Shown: positions 23,072-33,970 of the stretch, one piece after another | How the letters are laid out: each line of letters opens with the position of its first letter | How positions within the stretch are numbered: position 1 is the first letter of the stretch | DNA from: Lingula anatina | Lineage: Eukaryota > Animalia > Brachiopoda | Reading direction: 5' to 3' | Assembly: GCA_051362555.1 (NCBI GenBank) | Contig: CM120647.1 | Coordinates: forward strand, 8,928,001-8,992,000 | DNA: 64,000 nt | Translations under genes and position numbers: made by a program | The notes under the pieces: generated by a model | What the model was told of the DNA's origin: nothing | The model's database searches: none | What the model saw: the letters and a program-made list of their open reading frames with translations, nothing else

Positions 23072-26000
23072 GTTGCTCTTGAATTCTATATTCTGCAGGA
23101 ACGATTTGGCTATGGACAAGACCCAATGCTTTTATACCTTTAAACTGATAATGATTATCTCTTCATTAATTTCACTCAGGGCCACTCATTTGTTATTATG
23201 AACGCAATTTGAATTCAATTATCAACAATGATTAATTAAAGGGACCGTCCCTAAATATGTTTTTTTTTTTTTTTTGAAGATTCTCGGTTTGTCTCCCATC
23301 GTTTTGGTAATAAAGTCATCGTGTATCGGCGTGGAAATATGCTGTGAATACTGCGTCTCAATATGAGCATGGAACTCCAAATTTGACGGGTTGACAAAAA
23401 CAAGTTACAAGGGTCTCTTTAAATTGCGATTTCATAATATCATCCCTCCATTGAAATATCGGTTTAACATTCAGTATGAAATATTGACGAGATTGTAATT
23501 GAAAAGGAAATAGGCTGAATATTCTGCATGAAACGTCAAGTCGGTACATGTTTAATAAATTGTGAATTTCCGACCTGGATTACCCATCAGTTTGTGAAAA
23601 ATATTATAGTTGTCAGCTGGTTATTTCGATTTCGTCAAAATAATTTCATAACAGATTGAGTGTAGAATTAATTTCATAAACCACAGTTTAGTCTCAAGGC
23701 CAATAGCGGATTGGGGGGGGGGGGAGGGGAGGGGGGACTAGACGAACAGCCCAATTAGACTGAAATAAACTTAATTGCAAATTTACTTGTTTGGTGCATT
23801 TCACACGGATGGATTTTATAACCTGTAGCTACATTAATTTGAAATATAACGATCGATTAAAATATAAGTTTCCCAGACGGGTAAAGCGTGGGTGGAATCA
23901 AATGTCCAAACTGGCTGCCTTTGTGTGGATGTAAACGGCGATAAGTCTTCTTGAAATATGCAGAATTTTATATTTAAACAGGAATTTTCTACTAAGAGTA
24001 AGAAGTTCCCAAAATGGGCCCTTTGACTTTCAATGCCATCGACCTACTTTCGATCTTTTCATTCGACTGTTTTGTCTATTAATGCCTCTCTTAACACAAC
24101 CATAGCTAATTATGGCGTAAGATCATTTTAGATGTGGTCTGTCAATCGAGTATGCGACAAAATGTTAATTTATAATTAATTTATTTAATGCTTAATTCGA
24201 ATCGTTCCATGGCTTAAAAGTTCTTTTTTTTTTCTTCTTTTATTTCGTGTGAGGATCAAGAAAAACGAAGCTCCTCTAGGAAATCCTGGATCCGCCCCTA
24301 TATATAAGGTACCCCTTCTTTAACATCAAGAGGTGCTGGATTCTTACATCCACAGCGTGATATATTTCTTTAAGATAGTCGTTTCTAGGGGCTCTAATCC
24401 GACTAAGGAAAGTCTAGGTATCGGCTCGAGTTACTCCCGGAGAAAAAAGTAACGCAACACCGCAGCTTTATTTCCAAAACCAAAAATCAGTTTTATTACC
24501 TGGACATTGCTTGGTTTTATGGAAGAAATCTACGTGGCAGAAATCGACAAATCTTAAGTTTTAGTGAGATAAGGAGCAAATGAAAAGAATTTCGACTAAT
24601 CGATAATTAAACAAGCCGCGCGCATATGCATGCAACTCTATTAAAATTAATTTGTAAGTCTGGTGATTATTTTGCCATCTGTACACTACTTTTAATAAAA
24701 AGAAAAAATTAGAAAATATAATTTTATTCAACTTCTAAATACAATAACATTCAATTTCAAAAGTACTTTAGAAATCATTAATGAATCATGTAAACGCAAT
24801 GAATCAATAAATGGTAGAACCCAATTCTCTCGGGCCGTGGGGAAAAACCCGTCTAAACCCTTCGTGGGGAATGCCGGGAAAGTGCCCACGCCCGGATACT
24901 TAAGTCTTTTTTTATGTCATCAGTTCAGTTTTTCATTGACATTACAGTTCAAGAATATCTTCCAGTTTTAGACAACATGGTGCAACGGTATTTTCTCTCG
25001 TGACTACAAACTTTTCTCTACATACACTATATTGGTACACAAGATGAAGCACAAGAATTTAACAAAGTACGTTATTCCTACTGAAAGAGGTACTAAAGAC
25101 AATTAAGACACATTTACTAGAGTCTTAACACAATTAAACTGAGACTTATATTAATAAGTCATAAATAAATAAAATCGATCCCTTTACAACTGAAAGCATC
25201 CATCAAAACTAGAATATAGTTCTTCTATATGGAAAAATATATAAAAAGTTCAGGTAATATGTTTATTATCCAGACACCTCAATGATTTAAACTAAACTTT
25301 GACATATAACCGTTTAAAACAGAAGTTTCTCAAATGTAATTTTGCCCTGAAATCGCAACTACCTGTATGATACAAGTAATGAATAAAGCAAGCTTGCTTC
25401 GACATATTTCACTGTATGACTGTCCATGTAAATTTCAATATGACTTTTGGGGTCCGGAGAAAAGGGTGCATATGTGATGAACTGGATATATTTGTCAGCT
25501 ATAAAACTTGAGAAAATTATAATACTAGTGATATTAGTAATGTGCGATCCTCCATCTTGAGAGATACCTGAATGCATCCAGCCATCCCTCACGAGGAGCA
25601 GACTGCACAAGACATATAATGAAATATTTTCACAAACGTAAAATATTTCATTATAGATCTTGCACCAGCCGTCAATGTAAAACCTCTTCATGTAAAAACA
25701 TTTACATGAAATAAGATTTTACAAAGATGTGAGGGTTAGTTGAGGTTAGTGTGCGGATTATGATTTTCTCAAATGCCATACTGACGAACAACTCCACATC
25801 ATCAACAGCACAAATTTGAAAATTGACTACATCACTAGGATTGAAATAAAACACAGACGACCATAAGTGGTGGTGTTTTGTGAGCGAAAATCTATCTGCA
25901 TTTGGAATGTGGATAAAGCAACTATATATTCTATTTGAACGTTAAATAATAACGTTAAATAATAATAGAGGTTGACAAAATTTTCACACAGAACCACATT

Positions 26001-27271
26001 TCATCTTATTCAATTGAACATTTATGGAATTAAGAATGAGCATCCTTAACTTCGGTGCTCTCTTAAGTTATTGGAATAAAATGTTCCACTGTCATAACTG
26101 AAAAAAACTCACTAAATGCAATTACACCCGACTCGTATCTGTGACCCGTGAAGCGCATAAATTCTCAATATCCAAAAGACTTGAGTACATTATTAGGTTG
26201 TACCAGTATTCCTCTTACATTCAGTATATCGCTCTTCATCATCATTCCACATTCTCTAATTTTTTTGCAGACAAGCTGTGTCCTTAAAACGAAGACTGCT
26301 AGGATGTCCGGTCATCAATGAAAGTGGCTACAGGGGCTCGTTGCTAGCGACATATAGTGTTGAACATTTGCACATTTAGGCGAGGATTGATGGTTTCTGC
26401 GTTCTAGCATTATCTGCTTTATCTGGAAAACTGCCCTGTCGTAGCCTACAAATGAAACGTCAAGTATGAAAAGCAATTGAACGCTTGCAGTAATTGCAAC
26501 AAAGAATATGTATTTCACTGGTATTTACACACCGATAATACTAATACTAGTACTTTGATGTTTCATTATGTTATGGTTCTTAACATGACTACTTTTTATT
26601 TTATTTAATTTTGTTTTATTTTACTTACTTTTATTTTATTTTATTTTCACTTCTATAACACAACACAAGAAAATCACATTATGATTTAGAAGAGTGCTAA
26701 GATTCTACAATAAGAAAGTGACTGAAGAATAAGAGGTATAAAGGAAGGCATATGAATCACACAAACGTCTAACGATCTAAACAATATAAACAAGTAAAAA
26801 TACATGCTCACCTGTACGATGGCCTTTTAGTACCACAACCGCAGCACTTAGGGTGAGGTTGGGGGGTAGCAGCTCCCAGTATTCTAGACCAGTGACAACG
26901 CCACGTGTGTCGCATTTGGACTGATGAAAATCTGAAATTTGGCCGATAGGAAGTCAAATTATTTTGCGCGAGTGATTTTTTTTTTTTTGCAAGTTTGTGA
27001 CAAATTAAAAGAGCTTTTGGATTCTAAAATGTCTGGACTAAGAATTTCCTTGAATAAATTGTAAATAGAAAACAAATGTCTACACTAAGTGACTAGATAA
27101 CGGTTTCCAAAAGGTCTAATTTAAAGTTTTATGAGAAGAACAAAACTGCTATTGTTTGAAACCAATAATATTTGGACTGCTCCATTTTAATCCTTTTCGT
27201 CTAAAATTAAAGACTAACTTAAAATACTTTTTTCAAGGGACCCAGTGATCTGAATGAGTAGCAATGAGTAC

Positions 27272-27422
27272 CCGTGCCATGTTGACTGAGGAGCAAGATC
27301 ATCTGTGCTGTTCCAAGGCAAACCCAGCACTATCAGGTCGCTGTACTTCTTGCTGTCCAGCCGCTTTGTTTTCACGTTGCGAGTTTTCAGGGTCTCATCT
27401 CCTTTTCCTTTTCTTTTGTTCT
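27272..27422 (-). pseudogene. TARDBP: TDP-43 exon-3-like fragment, copy 3 (frameshifted)
   Basis: ENKRKGKGDETLKTRNVKTKRLDSKKYSDLIVLGLPWNSTDD. Retains NKRK as in human TDP-43. It is +6 nt and -10 nt relative to copies 1 and 2. Confidence 0.85.
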
Positions 27423-27878
27423 CTAAAACGGTAACACATTACAATTATTATTAAGAATGTTAATTGAATTACCAACACTTTGTTGTATCAATATTTCTAT
27501 TATTTTCCGTGTAATCAATGACTGCGACATACTAATAATTGTTTGGACAAGTAGATTTTTCAGAATGTATGAATTTAGTGTGAAGAACATATGAGTTTTT
27601 CTAAGTTTTCAAAACAGCTTTTGATTTGATTTAGTTTTTAACTTATATCGTAATTCTAAAAATGTCAAGGTCTTAAAATTTTATATTTTAAATATATATT
27701 CAAATGCAATCCAATCCAAATTCATTGAAATTTGTATTCGGACCAGTGGATCCTTATTTAGACCAAAATATTTAAGGAAAATTTAGGTCGAATGGCCAGT
27801 AAGGCGAAAAGCTTATGGTAAAGACTGCAACTGAAAAAATCACTTAAGTCTATTTCTCTCCCCAATAACACGGGTTAC

Positions 27879-30800
27879 CTTTAAAGGTTTTCCATCTCAG
27901 TGAAACACCATATGCCTTGGACGCTTTCCCGATGCAGCCACCTCGTAGACAAACCATGGCAGGACTCGCTGGACGCTTCTCCGATGCAGCCACCTTGAAG
28001 ACAGACCATGGCAGGACTCGCTGGACGCTTCCCCGATGCAGCCACCTCATAGACAGACCATGACAGGACTCGCTGGACGCTTCCCCGATGCAGCCACCTC
28101 GTAGACAGACCATGGCAGGACTCGCTGGACGCTTCCCCGATGCAGCCACATCGTAGACAGACCATGGCAGGACTCGCTGGCACTAAGAATTGATGGAAGT
28201 AGCTGAAGTGTAGATGTGGCCCTCTTTTCCTTGCACTTGTCAGTGGGAGCTCTATCGAAACAAAAAGAAAAAAAGAATTAATGACTTTTTCTACATATGT
28301 GAACACTCTGCAGTCAGGCTTACCTTTAAAGGTTTTCCATCTCAGGGAAACACCACATGCCGTCGACGCTTCCTCATTGCAACCATTTTGTACACAGACC
28401 ATGGCAGGACTCGCTGGACGCTTCCCCAATGCAGCCATCTCGTAGACAGACCATGGCAGGACCCGCTGGACACTTCTCCAATGCAGGCACCTCGTAGACA
28501 GACCATGGCAGGACTCGCTGGACACTTCCCCATTGCAGCCGCCTCGAAGAAAACTAGCAGGAATCGCTGGACACTTCCCCAGTGCAGCCACCTCATAGAC
28601 AGACCATGGCAGGACTCGCTGGATGCTTCCACGATGCAGACACCTCGTAGACAGACCATGGCAGGACTGGCTGAACGCTTCCCCATTGCAAACACCTTGT
28701 AGAAAGACCATGGCAAGACTCACTAGACGCTTCCATCATGCAGTCACCTCGTATACAGACCATGGCAGGACTCGCTGGCACTAAGGATTGATGGAAGTAG
28801 CTGAAGTGTAGATGTGGCTCTCTTTTCCTTGCAGTTTTCAGTGGGAGCTCCACCGAGAATCGCCATAATCGAGTTCTGTTAACAGAAAGAAATACAGATT
28901 AATGACTTTTCCTACATTTATCTGTTAACAGAAATAAAAAAATGGATTAATGACTTTTCATACATATGTCAGCACTCTGCATTCAGGCTTACCCTTAAGG
29001 GTTTATGTTTAAAATAAAAACGGATTAATGACTTTTCCTACATATGAAGATACAGTCAGGCTTACCCTTAAGGGTTTTCCATCTCGGTGAAACAACATAA
29101 TCCTGGGACGCTTCCCCAATGGAACCACCTCGTAGACAGACCATGGCAGGACTTGCTGGCACTAAGGGTTGATCGAAATGTAGATGTGGCCCTTTTTTTC
29201 CTTGCAGTTGTCAATGGGAGCTTTATCGATAATAGCCATAATCTAGTTCTGTTAACAGTAAGAAAAAAAAACGGATTAATGATTTTTCCAACATATGTCT
29301 TTTAACAGAAAAAAATGGATTAATGACTTTTCTACATATGTCAGCACTCTGCAGTCAGGCTTACACTTAAGGGTTTTCTGTTAACAGAAATAAAAACGGA
29401 TTAATGACTTTTCCTACCTATGTTAGCACTCTGCAGTCAGGCTTACCTATATGGGTTTTCCATCTCCGTGAAACACCATATGCCTGGGATGCTTCCCCAT
29501 TGCAGCCACCCCATAGACAGACCTAGGCAGGACTCCCTGGACGCTTCCTCAATGGAGCCACCTCGTAGAAGGACAATGGCAGGACTCACTGGACGCTTCG
29601 CTAATGCAGCCACCTCGTAGACAGACCATGGCAGGACTCGCTGGACGCTTCCCCATTGCAGCCACCTCATAAACAGGACGTGGCAGGACTCGCTGTCACT
29701 AAGGATTGATGGACGTAGCTGAAGTGTAGATGTGGCCCTCTTCTCCTTGCACTTGTCAGTGGGAGCTCTATCGAAACAGAAAGAAAAAAGAATTAATGAC
29801 TTTTTCTACCTATGTGAACACTGCAGTCAGGCTTACCTTTAAAGGTTTTCCATCTCACCAAAACACCACATGCCTTGGACGCTTCCTCATTGCAACCATC
29901 TTGTAGACGGACCATGGCAGGATTCGCTGGATATTTCCCCAATGCAGCCATCTCGTAGACAGACCAAGGCAGGACGCGCTGGACACTTCCCTGATGCAGC
30001 CACCTCGTAGACAGACCATGGCAGGACTCGCTGGCACCAAGGATTGTTCTTTATTTGATGTGCCCCTCTTCTCCTTGTAGTTGTCAGTGGGTGCTTTATC
30101 GAGAATCACCACAACCGAGTTCTGTTAACAGAAAGAAAAAAAAAACAGATTAGTGACGTTTCCTATACATGTCTGTTAACAGAAATAAAAATGGATTAAT
30201 GACTTTTTCTACATATGTCAGTAATCAGCACTCAGGCTTACCCTTAGGGGTTTTTTTTCTGTTAACAGAAATAAAAACGGATTAATGACTTTCTTTACCC
30301 ATGTTAGTACTCTGCAGTCAGGCTTACCTCTAAGGGTTTTCCATCTCAGTGAAACACTATATCCCCAATGGAGCCACTTCGTAGACAGACAATGGCCACA
30401 TTCGCTGGACGCTTCCCCACTGCAGCTACCTCATAGACAGACCATGGCAAGACTTGCTGGATGCTTCCCTGATGCAGACACCTCATAGACAGACCATGGC
30501 AGGACTCGCTGGACGCTTCCCCAATGACGCCACATCGTAGACAGACCATGGACTCGCTGGCACTAAGGATTGATCGAAGCAGCTGAATTGTAGATGTTGC
30601 CCCTTTCTCCTTGCAGTTGTCAGTGGCAATGTATCGAGAATCACCATAATCGAGTTCTGTTAACAGAAAGAAAAACGGGTTAATAACTTTTTTACATATT
30701 TCTGTTAACATATATAAAAAATGGATTAATGACTTTTCCTCTATATGTCAGCATTTTGCATTCAGGCTTACCTTTAAAGGTTTTCTGTTAGCAGATAAAA

Positions 30801-31490
30801 AATTAATGACGTTTCCTACCTATGTCAGCACTCTGCAGTCAGTCCTACCTTAATGGGTTTTCCATCTCAGTGAAACACCATATGCCTTGGACGCTTCCAC
30901 ATTGCAGCCATCTTGTAGACAGACCATGGCAGGACTCGCTGGCACTTAGGATTGAACGAAGTAGCTGAATTGTAGATGTGGCCCATTTCTCCTTGTAGTT
31001 GTCAGTGGGAGCTCTATCGAGAATCACCTTAATCGAGTTCTGTTAACAGAAAGAAAAACGGCTTAATGACTTCTCATACAATGTACATTGTACATATGTC
31101 ACTACTCTGCACGGATTAATAACTTTTTCTACATATTTCTGTTAACAGAAATAAAAAAGGGATTAATGACTTTTCCTTTCTATGCCAGCACTCGGCAGTC
31201 AGGCTTACCTTTAGGGGTCTTCCATATCACTGAAACACCATATGTCTTGGACGCTTCCTCATTGCAGCAATCTTGTAGACAGACCATGGCAGGACTCGCT
31301 GGACGCTTCCCTAATGCAGCCACCTCGCAGAGACGGACCTGGCAGGACTCGCTGGCACCAAGGATTGATCGACGTGTAGATGTGGCCCTCTTCTCCTTGC
31401 AGTTGTCAGTGGGAGCACTATCGAGAATCGACATAATGGACTTCTGGTAAAAGAAAGAAAAACGGATTAATAACTTTGCCTACCTATGTC
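27879..31490 (-). repeat. Compound tandem array, copy 3 (~3.6 kb, ~8 modules)
   Basis: Same modules as the other arrays, with longer 52-bp runs at 27915-28180 and 28400-28780. Confidence 0.95.
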
Positions 31491-31820
31491 AGCACTCTGG
31501 TTCCTGGACCTGGAATAGAAGAAACCTGGAATGCATGGAAATAAATGCAATGACACTACAAAAATAAAGCCCACAACAGCAGAAAGCCGATGACGTATCC
31601 TGCGAAGATTCCTGAGCGACGATTCCTCGTGGAGAGATGCGAAGGTTTTAGCTGGCCAGCTTAGAGAAACGTCGAATCCACCGTCCAGACGACTCCGATG
31701 AGCGATGCGTTGACTTGGGATGAGGAATAGATTCGGAGAAACGCGAGTCCTGTGTCCTTATTGCTTGATACGGGGCGCAGTAAATGGTATCCTTCTTGTT
31801 GCTCCAGATCTGTCTGCGTA

Positions 31821-31880
31821 GAATGAACGAAATTTCGAAATTCTGCGCTTTTATACCTTTAGTTGGTATATAGTCACATG
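31821..31880 (-). promoter_or_regulatory. TATA+Inr core promoter, copy 3
   Basis: TATAAAA at 31855-31849 and TCATTC with +1 at 31824. Confidence 0.72.
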
Positions 31881-33687
31881 GTGGCGTTCCTGGTCAACTT
31901 GTTAATAGGGGGGTGGTGTTTGATAGTGATGCCCATAATTGTTTATAATATCTTTTTAACATATACATTTTATTTATTATTTTTTATTTTGATTATTCTG
32001 TTTACTATTTTATTTTATAATAAGAGTAATAAGTACTAAGCAGTGACTTCGAAATGAACAGGCAAATTTGATGAAAATTTCTGAGCAACATACCTTCTCC
32101 CCAAAATTATGATAGGCCCGATGTCCGTTAAACTGGTAGGCCTTACAGGTAGCCGTGAACTTCTCGCGGGTCACTTTAGAACGTGCGTATGCATGTACAA
32201 ACACTGATCCAAAATGTAGGGTGACTGCAGCCTGAGGGAACATGGTTCTTTTGATTGTAGTGAATTGTAGTGAGTCAATTGAAAGTACACTGGACATAGC
32301 ATATACAGCCACCTCAGTACTCTATAACATATTTTGTAATCGACTGAGTTGTTATTCTGAGAAATGAAAAACAAGTTATTAATTGTGATTTTACAAAACG
32401 AAAGAAAGCAGCAGTAGGTCGCATGAAGAATCTTGATTAACTCATACCAGGCAGTAGAAACAAATTAATATTTTTTTGCATATAGAAGGTCTACTGATAT
32501 AGGTGATAATTAACAACGGACGCCTTCATTCATGACTTCGGATTATCAGTAGGCCTACCCTGTAGCATGAGTAGAGAGAAAAAAAACGAAAAAATAATGA
32601 ATAAAACAATAAGATAAAAGTTGAAATTAAATATTTTTCATTTATATGTTTAATTTTTAGGCCTAATACGCGTTTTAACATTGTAATAAGTCTGAGCTGT
32701 CACTGTCAACCTTTCACATCTCCCTGGCGCTCATACAACCTAAGTTGCCGAACACTAGGTATATTGGTAGGCCTACAGACAAATTATGCTCAATACATGC
32801 CTTGATATAAAAATTTTGAAACTGAACAAAGTGACCGTGATCAAGTGTCATAAAGCTTACATTACGATCTTGCGTTGTTATTAGAAGACTTTTTAAATTT
32901 TAAATAGTAGGCCTAATTTATAATTTATTCAGTATTAAATTTTGATCGTTCGTTCCACGTATTAAAGTTGAAAAATTATTTTCCTTCTTTTCTTTTCTTT
33001 TCTTTTTTTTTTTAAATACCCCCCCCCCCCCCCTTGTTGAGAATCCTGAATCCGCCCCTGAAAATAGTCTATATAAAAGCATATATCTAATTATTAGCTT
33101 ACAATAAGATAACCCAGTTGTGAGGCTTCATATTCACGTTACATAATGCTGGAAAATTTTCGATGAGATTGAATTTGCGTTCGTCAAAGTCGCCCCGAGA
33201 GGCAAAATTTGATATTGGCAACATCTTAGCTTTGGTGGCCAAGCTTAACTTTTTCCTATAGCCTACCTCATCTAGAGTGTGGGAAATTTCAGATAGGCCT
33301 AATAGTAATTGCGTCTTTGTCTCGTTTTATTTATTTATAGGCCTATATAGGGGGCCTATATCTTATAATTTTTTAATAATTTTTTGTAGACCTAGGCGTT
33401 TGTCATAGCGATTTTATGTTTTAACTGTTCGTTTTGATTCCATACAAACGAAGATTTGTGTTGACAATGGAAGTAGGCCCTACCTACGTGAAAATTAGCT
33501 TCATAAAATCAATTTTCTATAAAACATTTTGTCCTGGTGCCTCAGCCCTAATTAACCTGCATGAAAACTTTGATTCATATAAAACGTTATAAAGAGGCCT
33601 CTTCACTACTTAAATGATATATTATAGGTAGGCCTATTTACAGTGATCAAAGTCGTTTGCAAGACCTGCATGCACAAATAGTTGCGT

Positions 33688-33743
33688 TATAAAAGCGCAG
33701 ACGTTTTCTGCTGTGTGCGTTTATTGTGAGGTCATTGAGGTCA
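33688..33743 (+). promoter_or_regulatory. Candidate WASHC2 upstream elements: TATA-like TATAAAAG and a perfect DR3 (AGGTCA-ttg-AGGTCA)
   Basis: TATAAAAGCGCAGA at 33688-33701 and AGGTCATTGAGGTCA at 33729-33743, about 230-280 nt upstream of the ATG. Confidence 0.35.
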
Positions 33744-33970
33744 CAGAGATCGTCGTGGCCTTACATTTTTCATTTTTTTTTTAATCTAAGAAACATATTT
33801 CTAGATTCTTGTGTATTTTCCTTCATAGACCACTTATTAGTTATACAAAAGATCACCACACAACCACAAAATCTTTTTTGTTTTCACAGTTACATTAATT
33901 TGGTACCTACAGCGAAACCCGAAACTAAACTCCAAACATCGGTTCAATATTATCACATGACAAATCCAAG

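Larger units (their letters stand above)
26200..31824 (-). other. TDP-43-derived spliced repeat transcription unit, copy 3 (3' end approximate)
   Basis: TATA 31855-31849, +1 at 31824, array 31490-27879, TARDBP-like exon 27422-27272, 120-nt exon 26931-26812, terminal acceptor at 26445. Confidence 0.6.
1..32756. repeat. Tandem segmental duplication, ~13-kb period (about 2.4 copies in window)
   Basis: Position 1 (gggggtagtagctccgagtattctagaccagtg) recurs at ~13756 and ~26862. Copy 3 similarity ends at aacctaagttgccgaacact (32756), matching 5080 and 17576. The ORF track repeats in parallel (327/14079, 6330/18741, 6963/19422, 10347/23358). Confidence 0.97.

Noticed and set aside
25359-25691. 110-aa ORF starting MKRFYIDGWCKI, faintly like TDP-43 RHMIDGRWC
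   Set aside because: The match is a few residues only, and the paralogous sequence at ~12620 reads IDRLCKI and stops early. Not supportable as a gene or a TDP-43 remnant without alignment.
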